Of a stretch of 42,077 nt of DNA, positions 19,410 to 27,489 are shown one piece after another. The position numbers and the translations under genes are program-made. Within the stretch, counting starts at the first letter, position 1, and each line of letters starts with the position of its first letter. The stretch lies in NCBI GenBank assembly GCA_036660635.1, contig JAVXAF010000003.1, forward strand, positions 1 through 42,077. Reading direction: 5' to 3'. Source of the stretch: Clostridia bacterium (GTDB lineage: Bacteria; Bacillota; Clostridia; TANB77; CAG-465). The notes under the pieces were generated by a model. It searched no databases. It was not told where the DNA came from and saw only the letters and a list, made by a program, of their open reading frames with translations.

Positions 19410-19863
19410 ATTAGATGATTTTTATATATATCCATTCGAACCCAGTTACGTTGACGGAGTAAAAGAAATTGAAAATGAACAAAACATTTCAATACTTTCA
19501 AAAAAATCAATATTAGAAGATTTAGATGATGAAAATTGTAAATATTTTATTGCTACTCTTGATGAAAAATTAGTTGGATATATTGGTGCCTGTTATTGCT
19601 TAGACTATATGGACTTACTTTCTATAGTGGTAAAAAAAGACTATCAAAATATGGGAATAGGATCTAAACTTTTAAATCATATTTTTGCTTTTGCAAAAGA
19701 TAATAAGATAGAAAAAATATTTATAGAAGTTAGAAAATCAAATGAAATAGCTCAAAAATTTTATCTATCTCATGGATTTAAAAATATAAATATTAGAAAA
19801 AAATACTACTCTGATAATTTTGAAGACGCTTTAATTTATGAAAAAGATATGAAAAAGATATAA
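19399..19863 (+). CDS. rimI: ribosomal-protein-alanine N-acetyltransferase RimI (GNAT)
   Basis: GNAT acetyl-CoA block 'LLSIVVKKDYQNMGIGSKLLNH' and 'IFIEVRKSNEIAQKFYLSHGF'. It sits in the canonical position after tsaE-tsaB. Confidence 0.8.
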   Translation: MKNKLDDFYIYPFEPSYVDGVKEIENEQNISILSKKSILEDLDDENCKYFIATLDEKLVGYIGACYCLDYMDLLSIVVKKDYQNMGIGSKLLNHIFAFAKDNKIEKIFIEVRKSNEIAQKFYLSHGFKNINIRKKYYSDNFEDALIYEKDMKKI

Positions 19864-19870
19864 AAAAAAG

Positions 19871-19914
19871 AAAAATCTTAATCTACAATTATTATTTTAT
19901 AGATTAAGATTTTT
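19871..19914. terminator. bidirectional intrinsic terminator (rimI / GT-C gene convergent)
   Basis: Stem aatcttaatcta (19874-19885) pairs with tagattaagatt (19900-19911). It is flanked by an A-run and a T-run. Confidence 0.6.
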
Positions 19915-19933
19915 ATATTTGTCAAACTAATTA

Positions 19934-21436
19934 TTATTTATTTTTTAAAATTTTCTTTGCTTTTGGCACTAGATTACTAGTAAAAAACTCAGCAATATTA
20001 TCTATCCCTTTAGTTGCAATTAATACCATTACCGGTATATAGTTTGCTATATATCTTGATCTTGTCTCCCAAAACAAAAAAAACAAAAAAACTCCAAAAA
20101 TAGTTATTGTTAAAATATTTGAATATTTATAATTTTCCTTTTCTTTTGATTTATTAAAACTTAAAACAGATATTATCATTAAAAGCAGCATTGAAATATG
20201 TTGTATTTGACTATAATATTTATATATATCATTTTTGCTTCCATTTTCACTAATATATTCATGCTGTATTCCTAGATTGGTTGGTTTTATTGATAACATA
20301 GTTTGAGCAAAATATGTACCCTCTCCCCAAGTATATACCAATTTACCTTTTATAAATTCATTGATATTTCCGTTTTTAATTAAATTAAATCTATATTTTA
20401 TAGTTTTATTTATCATATTTTTTTTAGCTTGATATGTTGGCATCATTTTTGTATTATTAAAATCCGAAGATTTATAACTTCCATTTCCCGTCATTCCCAT
20501 CATTATCCAATGAGTAATAGGAAATGAATTTTTTTCAAAACTATCTTTATTCCAATCTTTAAAAATCCCATAAATTAAATAATTAAATATTATAGTAAAT
20601 AAAATAAAAACAGTTATAAAAGAAATCATTAATGGTATAATCGTTTTAGTTTTATTATAAATTAAATGTACAATAAACATTGCAATCACAATAATTGCAA
20701 CAGTAGCTTTTATTTTTATTCCAATAAAAGATACAATAGCTAAAAAAACATATAATATATTTCTATCTATTTTTTTAGTTTTTTCACAAGCTATTAAATA
20801 TATATATAATATTAATATGGGAAATAACATTGAAAATGAATCAGTATATATTATTGGAACATATAAATAAATTGGAGTCATAAGTGCAATAAAAAAAAGT
20901 GAAATAATAGCATTTTTTTTACCATATAATTTTTTTGCACATAAATACATAAAAAATATTGCTATATCTATTAATATAATATTAAATCCCATACTTAAAC
21001 TATATGCTGATATCTTAAATAACTCAGCAATTATAAATATAAAAATAATAATCATTTGCATCGCTAAATTATTACTATAATTGTATAAATACTTTAAATC
21101 AAAAGCTGAGCCATGTATATATTTACCAGCATTATCAAATAAATCTTTTACATCCCAACCTGGTTCAACCCTATATAAATAAGCTGACATAATTTGCACT
21201 AATATAATTACAATAAAAACAATTGTAACAATTACTTTTGTATTTATTTTTACTTTTCCTTTTAAATAATATCCTATCAAACAAAAAATTAAAATATAAG
21301 AAAAAACTCCTAAAATAACTGGCAATGGCTCATATCTAAAAAACGTAACGTCATTAAAAAATATAGAGTTACAAACTATATATACAAAAACTATTACAAA
21401 CACTACATTAAAAAGTATAATTGATTTTTTTTTCAT
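19934..21436 (-). CDS. polytopic membrane protein, GT-C-fold glycosyltransferase-like (ArnT/PMT_2-like)
   Basis: 500 aa with roughly 12-13 predicted TM helices. It has an acidic first loop ('VEPGWDVKDLFDNA') and a larger soluble loop near residues 290-400, an architecture typical of GT39/GT83-type enzymes. The call rests on topology and motif impression only. A GGAGGA SD is present. Confidence 0.45.
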   Translation of the reverse strand: MKKKSIILFNVVFVIVFVYIVCNSIFFNDVTFFRYEPLPVILGVFSYILIFCLIGYYLKGKVKINTKVIVTIVFIVIILVQIMSAYLYRVEPGWDVKDLFDNAGKYIHGSAFDLKYLYNYSNNLAMQMIIIFIFIIAELFKISAYSLSMGFNIILIDIAIFFMYLCAKKLYGKKNAIISLFFIALMTPIYLYVPIIYTDSFSMLFPILILYIYLIACEKTKKIDRNILYVFLAIVSFIGIKIKATVAIIVIAMFIVHLIYNKTKTIIPLMISFITVFILFTIIFNYLIYGIFKDWNKDSFEKNSFPITHWIMMGMTGNGSYKSSDFNNTKMMPTYQAKKNMINKTIKYRFNLIKNGNINEFIKGKLVYTWGEGTYFAQTMLSIKPTNLGIQHEYISENGSKNDIYKYYSQIQHISMLLLMIISVLSFNKSKEKENYKYSNILTITIFGVFLFFLFWETRSRYIANYIPVMVLIATKGIDNIAEFFTSNLVPKAKKILKNK

Positions 21437-21653
21437 TGTATATCCTCCAACCTCTATATAAAAATGAAATTTATTACTTTTAATATAATACTATATACAT
21501 TATCTTTTTTCAAGATATTTTCTTGTGTTTTTTATATTTACTCTTAATACATCTTTTATCAATTTATTTTCTAAAATTTGTTGAATATTTTTTTGATATA
21601 TAATACAATATAATTAATATGATTATACAAAAGAAATTTGGAGGAAATAACAT

Positions 21654-24068
21654 ATGAAAAAAATTAATGAACTTAAATTTAGTGAGCTTAAAAATAATTT
21701 TGACTCAGACTTACTAACATTTAAATCAACCAAAGAAATTGAACCTTTTAATGGGATAATAGGACAAGAGAGAGCTTTAAACGCAATAAGCACTGCTCTT
21801 CAAATACCTCAAAAAGGATTTAATTTATATATTTGTGGAAGTATAGGAATTGGTAAAACAGCATATGCTCTTTCTGTTATAAACACACTAAGTAAAAACG
21901 AACCTGTGCCAAATGACTACTGCTATGTATATAATTTTGATAATCCTAATGAGCCTGTTGCAATTTCCTTAGAACCTGGTTGTGGAACTGAATTTAAACA
22001 AGATATGAATAGGTTTATATCTACTCTACTTACTAGACTTTCTAAAGAATTGAGTGGTGATATCTATGAAAAAGAAAAGAAAACTATTATAGATAGATAT
22101 AAACGTGCAAAAGAAGATATAATGAAAAACTTTGATAAATCAACTTATGAGCAAGGTTTTAAGGTCAAAAATACTGAAGAGGGTATATTTTTCTCACCAG
22201 TTCATAATGGTGTCATTTTAAATGAAAAAGATTTTAATATCTTAGATGAAAAGACAAAGAAATACTTTCAGGAAAAAAGTCCTAAAATTCAAGAGCAAAC
22301 TCTAGCTGTATTAAAAGAATTAGATGAACTTGATAAAAAATCTGAAGAAGTTGTAAATGAGTGGCAAGAAAATATGACAACTTTTGCTGTAACTCAATGT
22401 ATGAGTGATTTAAAAATCAAATACAAAAAAAACTTGAAAATACAAAATTTTCTATACTCTATTCAAAGCGATGTTATTAAAAATATTGAAATATTTAAAC
22501 AATATGAAGATAGTTTAATTGTAAAAAAATCTCCAAACATGCAACAAATGATGATAAATAATATGCAAAGAAAAGACAACAAGCCTTGGGAAAACTATAG
22601 AGTTAATTTGATTATTGATAATGATAGACTTTTTCACGCACCTGTTATAATAGCAAAAAATCCTAATTACTTTGATCTTTTTGGTAAATTAGAGTTTGAA
22701 ACAGGTCCCTCTGGTGTAAAAACTAATTATATGATGTTAAAATCTGGTCTTATTCATAAGGCAAATGGTGGATACTTACTGATTAATATTCGTGATCTTT
22801 TAAACAGTATGCCAACTTGGGAAGCTTTTAAAAGAGTTTTACGTAATCAAGAATTATCTATTGATAGTTCAAGAGATATTGCACAACCAGTTACAGTTGT
22901 AACTTTAAAACCAGAACCTATTCCTATACATACTCAAGTCTTACTTATTGGTTCAGAAATGCACTATCAGCAGCTTTGTAACATAGATGTTGACTTTAAA
23001 AAACTTTTTAAAGTCAAAGCAGATTTTGAAGACAGTTTTGATAGAAATGTTGAAAATACTCAAAAATATATTGAATATATTTCATATATTTGTAAAAAAT
23101 ATTCTCTTCTTCCTTTTTCAAAAGAAGGCATAAAAGAAATGATCGAATTTAGTTCTAAATGTGCTAGTAATAAACAAAAACTCACTGCAATAAAACAAGA
23201 CATTATTGATCTTGCAATTGAGTCTAATTTCATAGCAAAAAATATGCAAAAAAAAGTAATTACAGGGAAAGAAATTAAAAAAGCACTAAATACTAAAGTT
23301 ATTAGATTTTCAAAATATAATGATCATTTAAATACAATGATTTCTCAAGGTGATATTATGATATCAACTGAAGGCGAAAAAGTAGGTCAAATAAATGGTC
23401 TTACTGTTATAATGACTGGCGATATGTCATTTGGTCAACCAGTTAGAATAACTGCAAATACATTTATAGGAAAAAGCGGTATAGTTAACATTGAGCGAGA
23501 AGTTTCAATGAGTGGTACAACTCACTCTAAAGGTGTATATATTTTATCAGCATATATTGGTGAAAAATATGCTCAAAACTATCCCCTATCTCTTACTGCA
23601 AGCATTTGTTTTGAACAATTATACAATGGTGTAGATGGTGATAGTGCCTCTTCAACTGAGCTTTATGCTATACTTTCTAGTTTATCAGGTATACCTATAA
23701 AACAAACTTTAGCAGTAACTGGTTCTGTTAATCAAAAAGGTGAAGTACAACCAATTGGTGGAGTTAATGAAAAAATCGAAGGTTATTTTAAAGTTTGCAA
23801 AGCAAAAGGATTAAATAATGAAAATGGAGTATTAATTCCATTTCAAAATGTAAAAAATTTAGCTCTTAGTGATGATGTAATAGAAGCTGTAAAAAATGGA
23901 CATTTTCATATATATCCTATTTCAAATATTGATGAGGGTATGGAACTTCTTACTGGAGTTTCATCTGGAATTATAAATAAAAATGGAGAATATGAAAAAA
24001 ATTCTATCAATTATTTAGTAAATGAAAAATTAAAAGATTATGCAGAAAAAAGTATTAAATTTAATTAA
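21654..24068 (+). CDS. Lon-like (LonB/LonC-type, S16) protease with AAA-like domain and coiled-coil insertion
   Basis: Walker A 'CGSIGIGKT'. A long charged helical insertion spans about residues 130-250. The S16 catalytic block 'GVDGDSASSTELYAILSSLSGIPI...TGSVNQKGEVQPIGGVNEKIEGYF' carries the Ser-Lys dyad of LonB-type enzymes. Confidence 0.8.
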   Translation: MKKINELKFSELKNNFDSDLLTFKSTKEIEPFNGIIGQERALNAISTALQIPQKGFNLYICGSIGIGKTAYALSVINTLSKNEPVPNDYCYVYNFDNPNEPVAISLEPGCGTEFKQDMNRFISTLLTRLSKELSGDIYEKEKKTIIDRYKRAKEDIMKNFDKSTYEQGFKVKNTEEGIFFSPVHNGVILNEKDFNILDEKTKKYFQEKSPKIQEQTLAVLKELDELDKKSEEVVNEWQENMTTFAVTQCMSDLKIKYKKNLKIQNFLYSIQSDVIKNIEIFKQYEDSLIVKKSPNMQQMMINNMQRKDNKPWENYRVNLIIDNDRLFHAPVIIAKNPNYFDLFGKLEFETGPSGVKTNYMMLKSGLIHKANGGYLLINIRDLLNSMPTWEAFKRVLRNQELSIDSSRDIAQPVTVVTLKPEPIPIHTQVLLIGSEMHYQQLCNIDVDFKKLFKVKADFEDSFDRNVENTQKYIEYISYICKKYSLLPFSKEGIKEMIEFSSKCASNKQKLTAIKQDIIDLAIESNFIAKNMQKKVITGKEIKKALNTKVIRFSKYNDHLNTMISQGDIMISTEGEKVGQINGLTVIMTGDMSFGQPVRITANTFIGKSGIVNIEREVSMSGTTHSKGVYILSAYIGEKYAQNYPLSLTASICFEQLYNGVDGDSASSTELYAILSSLSGIPIKQTLAVTGSVNQKGEVQPIGGVNEKIEGYFKVCKAKGLNNENGVLIPFQNVKNLALSDDVIEAVKNGHFHIYPISNIDEGMELLTGVSSGIINKNGEYEKNSINYLVNEKLKDYAEKSIKFN

Positions 24069-24094
24069 CTCTTAATATTTAATTTTTGAATTTT

Positions 24095-24134
24095 AAAATA
24101 CGCTTAATACAATATTTAGTATTAAGCGTATTTT
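24095..24134. terminator. bidirectional intrinsic terminator (Lon-like gene / third pilin-like gene convergent)
   Basis: Stem aaaatacgcttaatac (24095-24110) pairs with gtattaagcgtatttt (24119-24134). Confidence 0.6.
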
Positions 24135-24148
24135 TATATATATTTTTT

Positions 24149-26371
24149 TTATCTATTTAGATCATAATCTAATATAACTTTCCACTCGGGAGTTACAAGC
24201 TTTATGGAATATAACTTACCTTTAAAAAATCCATCTGACGCATCTCCTGATCTTCCTATATAATTTATACTTCTTGTGTCAGTAGAAATAGGATTAATAC
24301 CATACATCATTCCTGTTCCTGCTCTATCTATTGCTATATTATCTTTGTCTATATCTCCCCTATACCAGCCTGCTGTTCCTCCCTCACCTGTGCCACCTTG
24401 CACCCACCTTAAATAAAATTTAGCTTTTTTATTTAATTCAATTGCAGATGTACTTTTAGAGTATATATCTAAGTGAGCATTGTTATATGTATTTAATCTA
24501 AATAATATTTGTCCCGTATTTGCATAATTTTGAACATATATTGTATCATTGTTTTCACCAGAACCTAAGCTTAAAATTCTAGAATTATTATTAAATGCTT
24601 GCCAAGTTGCAACAAGCTCTACTCTCATTCCAGTTTTACTATTAATTGCAGCTGGAATCGTTGGTATTATTGCATAATCATCAATTCCATCAAATTCTAG
24701 CGCATACTTTCCATCAGGATCTTGAACAACTTTTAGCCCACTCATTAAATTAGCATCTAATCCGTTACCAGAATAATCTTTTAATATTTTATTTTCAATT
24801 GAAACTTTAAATTCACTTACAAGTTTTGGATTATCAATTGGCTCTACTTTTACTTTTACATCTTGTTTATTATATAATTTTTTACCTGTTGGTACAATTA
24901 GTTTAACTTTATTTGAATCATCATGTGCTGCATCTCCTGCTATTTTTGTTACAACACGATCATTAGTAGAGTTAACACCATTTAAACTAAAGTCCACATT
25001 ATCTACTTGCCCACCTATTGGATTTTCAATTGATACAGCATAATCGATATTTTTATTTGTATGAAAATCATTATCATGATTTTTTACAGTAAGCTCAAGC
25101 TCACTTGTTCCGTTTGAATTTAAAGTTACAGCATTAGTTGATATATTAGACTGAAATATATATGGTGAGTAATGAATGTTTTTTTGTGCATATAACATCA
25201 CATTTCCCGCCTTGTCAAAAACGGCAATCATAACGTATTTTGCTTGCGAAGAGAAATTAAAGTCAACATTAAAAGATGCATCTAACTTTGCTTTTTTTCC
25301 TCTTGATTTCATAAATTCTATATTATAAGTATTAATTAATACATTTTGATCTATATTAGGATCTAATACTGGGAAAAACCTAACTTCTTTTATACCACTT
25401 AAATCATCCTTTACTGCAAACTTTGTATTAACATTTTCTAAATTAAGTGTCATATTAATTTGATTATTTGTTATAACTGGTGCTAAATAATCATAATTTG
25501 ATATATCTATTTCTACTGTCCCAACTATTTTCGAATTTTCCTTTTTTGTAAATATAATCTTTTTTTTATCCTTTGCAAGTGTATTAAATTGTGTTTTAAA
25601 ACTTAAGATTTCTTGATCTGTAATAGTTAAAGCTCCTAATAATTTCATACTTTCTAAATCATTAATTTCAAAGTCATTAAAATTACTTGGTAGATTTAGT
25701 TTCCTTTCAACTCCATCTGGTAGAGTAATATATATTTCATCTGTCACATTTAAATATGCTGATATAGATATTCCAAAAGTATTACTCCAAACCTTGACTT
25801 TCTTTTTTATAGTAACCCCAGGCAAATTTTTTATAATAACAGGAGCTACTTCTTGTAGTTCTGGTTCTTTAATATTAATAATTTTTGATAGATTTTTTGT
25901 AAGGGAAAAATAAGTAGTTCCTTTTGCTTTTACCCCTTTTAAATAATATATATTCATAGAAGGATATGAAATTACATATACATCATTTTCTACTTTTTTT
26001 GTACCTCTTTTACTCTTTTTTACACCAAGTTTTTCTAAACTTATAACATAGTACTCTCCTTCTGTACCAGTTACAACTTTATCTTGATTTAATTCCATCT
26101 CTTTTAATATTAATTCTTTATTTTTATTATTTACTAAATTAATAATTCCATCTTGTGAAATTGGATTTATATCAAAATATGGCAACTCATTATTTTCATA
26201 ATAATAACTTTTACATTTTTCTTGTAAATCTGATAATTCTTTTGCAAAAGCTGTTAGTTTAGAATTATCTAAACTTTCTTTTACTCCAATTGTTGTCACA
26301 CTAAGAAGTATTAATATAACTACAATTGTTATTACAAGAACTATTAAAGAAATTCCTTTTTTTAATTTCAT
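24149..26371 (-). CDS. pilin-like modular surface protein, core plus C-terminal LamG/concanavalin-A-like lectin domain
   Basis: N-terminus 'MKLKKG|ISLIVLVITIVVIL'. Core blocks are 'NDVYVISYPSMNIYYLKGVKA..YFSLTK', 'SNYDYLAPVI', 'SGIKEVRF', 'MKSRGKKAK' and 'FDKAGNV'. The C-terminus 'KDYSGNGLDANLMSG...YALEFDGIDDYAIIP...GFFKGKLYSIKL' is a classic LamG-like jelly-roll (Laminin_G_3) signature. SD is GAGGT. Confidence 0.65.
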   Translation of the reverse strand: MKLKKGISLIVLVITIVVILILLSVTTIGVKESLDNSKLTAFAKELSDLQEKCKSYYYENNELPYFDINPISQDGIINLVNNKNKELILKEMELNQDKVVTGTEGEYYVISLEKLGVKKSKRGTKKVENDVYVISYPSMNIYYLKGVKAKGTTYFSLTKNLSKIINIKEPELQEVAPVIIKNLPGVTIKKKVKVWSNTFGISISAYLNVTDEIYITLPDGVERKLNLPSNFNDFEINDLESMKLLGALTITDQEILSFKTQFNTLAKDKKKIIFTKKENSKIVGTVEIDISNYDYLAPVITNNQINMTLNLENVNTKFAVKDDLSGIKEVRFFPVLDPNIDQNVLINTYNIEFMKSRGKKAKLDASFNVDFNFSSQAKYVMIAVFDKAGNVMLYAQKNIHYSPYIFQSNISTNAVTLNSNGTSELELTVKNHDNDFHTNKNIDYAVSIENPIGGQVDNVDFSLNGVNSTNDRVVTKIAGDAAHDDSNKVKLIVPTGKKLYNKQDVKVKVEPIDNPKLVSEFKVSIENKILKDYSGNGLDANLMSGLKVVQDPDGKYALEFDGIDDYAIIPTIPAAINSKTGMRVELVATWQAFNNNSRILSLGSGENNDTIYVQNYANTGQILFRLNTYNNAHLDIYSKSTSAIELNKKAKFYLRWVQGGTGEGGTAGWYRGDIDKDNIAIDRAGTGMMYGINPISTDTRSINYIGRSGDASDGFFKGKLYSIKLVTPEWKVILDYDLNR

Positions 26372-26403
26372 TATTTTACCTCGCTAAAATATTTATTAAC
26401 TAC

Positions 26404-26439
26404 ATTTTATATGTTTTTTAAAAATTTTTCAAGTCTTTT
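26404..26439 (-). promoter_or_regulatory. promoter of the third pilin-like gene (shared motif AAAAGACTTGAAAAAT)
   Basis: Minus strand reads aaaagacTTGAAAaatttttaaaaaacataTAAAAT, with a 17-nt spacer. The -35 context is identical to that at 18109-18124. Confidence 0.5.
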
Positions 26440-26450
26440 AACTAATAATT

Positions 26451-26518
26451 AAAAAAGGCTTAAGAATCTCTATTCTTAGCCTTTAGTATGTACGGTATTT
26501 AAATTTTAAATACCGTAC
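26451..26518 (-). terminator. tandem double hairpin terminator after the agmatinase-like gene
   Basis: The first hairpin on the minus strand is gtacggtatttaaa/tttaaataccgtac (26490-26518). The second is aaggcttaagaat/attcttagcctt (26455-26483), followed on the minus strand by T6. Confidence 0.45.
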
Positions 26519-26525
26519 AAAATAA

Positions 26526-27488
26526 CTATTTTTTTAAATTTTGTTTTTTATATCCTACTGCTAAAAAGTTATATAGCACTTCCCAAGCCATAAATGATGT
26601 TATACCTGTTGTATCGTGACTTGGGCTAAGTTCTACTAAATCAAACCCTACTGTATTTATTTTATTTAAAGATCTAATAACTTCTAGAGCTTTAAGTCCA
26701 TTAATTCCATTATATTTTGGAGTACCTGTTCCTTCGCTATATGCTGCCTCTAATGAATCCATATCAAAAGTAACATATACAGCGTCATATTCTTTATATT
26801 TTTCATATATAAAATCTCCTACCTCACTAGAAGACTTTTTATTAAATTCATTTGCTGTTATTATTGTAATTTTATGTTCATCGGCAAAATCATTCCATAC
26901 TCTATTGCAAAGTCCTCTAAGTCCTATTGTAAGCATATCAGATCCGTTTAAATATCCTTCTTTTATTAAATTTGTAAATTGATTACTATGATTTATTCTT
27001 GAAAAAAAAGCAGTATCTGGTTCTGTATCATTATGAGCATCAAATTGAATTAAACCTACTTTTTTATAATTTCCACCTTTTTTTATTCCTATAAAAGATC
27101 CATAAGTGATAGAGTGATCCCCACCTAAGATAATTGGGAATGTATTTTTTCTAAGTTTGGAAATTGTATCAATTATAGCATTTTGTGTTTTTTCCATATC
27201 TCCATGCCAAATATTCATATCACCAACATCACATATTTTTAAATCATTTGTTTTTACATATTTTCTATTATCGTAGTCATAACACTCCATTCCATCTATT
27301 TTTTTCCACATAGAACACTCTCTAATTTTTCTTGGTGCTTCTGCTGCTCCTAATCTATATGTAAGTCCCATATCAACTGGTAGACCCACAACTGCAATAT
27401 CATATTTTTTAGCTTCATCAATTGTTACATATTCACTAGCCGTAAACGTTGCAATTCCTGAGTGTATCATGTCATCTTCATATTTCAT
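26526..27488 (-). CDS. speB: arginase-family ureohydrolase, agmatinase-like
   Basis: Mn-binding blocks 'GGDHSITYG', 'QFDAHNDT' and 'VTFDMDSL...GTGTP'. The ATG at 27488 (MKYEDD...) has GGATGG upstream and lies 1 nt after the murE stop. The track start is 27515. Substrate specificity within the family is not determinable by eye. Confidence 0.75.
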   Translation of the reverse strand: MKYEDDMIHSGIATFTASEYVTIDEAKKYDIAVVGLPVDMGLTYRLGAAEAPRKIRECSMWKKIDGMECYDYDNRKYVKTNDLKICDVGDMNIWHGDMEKTQNAIIDTISKLRKNTFPIILGGDHSITYGSFIGIKKGGNYKKVGLIQFDAHNDTEPDTAFFSRINHSNQFTNLIKEGYLNGSDMLTIGLRGLCNRVWNDFADEHKITIITANEFNKKSSSEVGDFIYEKYKEYDAVYVTFDMDSLEAAYSEGTGTPKYNGINGLKALEVIRSLNKINTVGFDLVELSPSHDTTGITSFMAWEVLYNFLAVGYKKQNLKK

Positions 27489-27489
27489 T

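Noticed and set aside
19864-19933. Absence of tsaD after tsaE-tsaB-rimI as an anomaly.
   Set aside because: A clean bidirectional terminator follows rimI, and tsaD is frequently unlinked in Firmicutes. It is probably encoded elsewhere, so this is not noteworthy without the whole genome.
21654-24068. Lon-like protease as BrxL of a BREX-type defence island.
   Set aside because: No other BREX components (PglX methyltransferase, BrxA/B/C, PglZ) or any other defence-type genes are present in the flanks. The neighbours are housekeeping or surface-protein genes.
14066-26371. The pilin-like genes, GT-C gene and Lon-like gene as a horizontally acquired mobile island.
   Set aside because: There is no integrase, transposase, tRNA target, flanking direct repeat or obvious compositional shift. 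The core tsaE-tsaB-rimI operon sits in the middle, so this is not a contiguous insertion.
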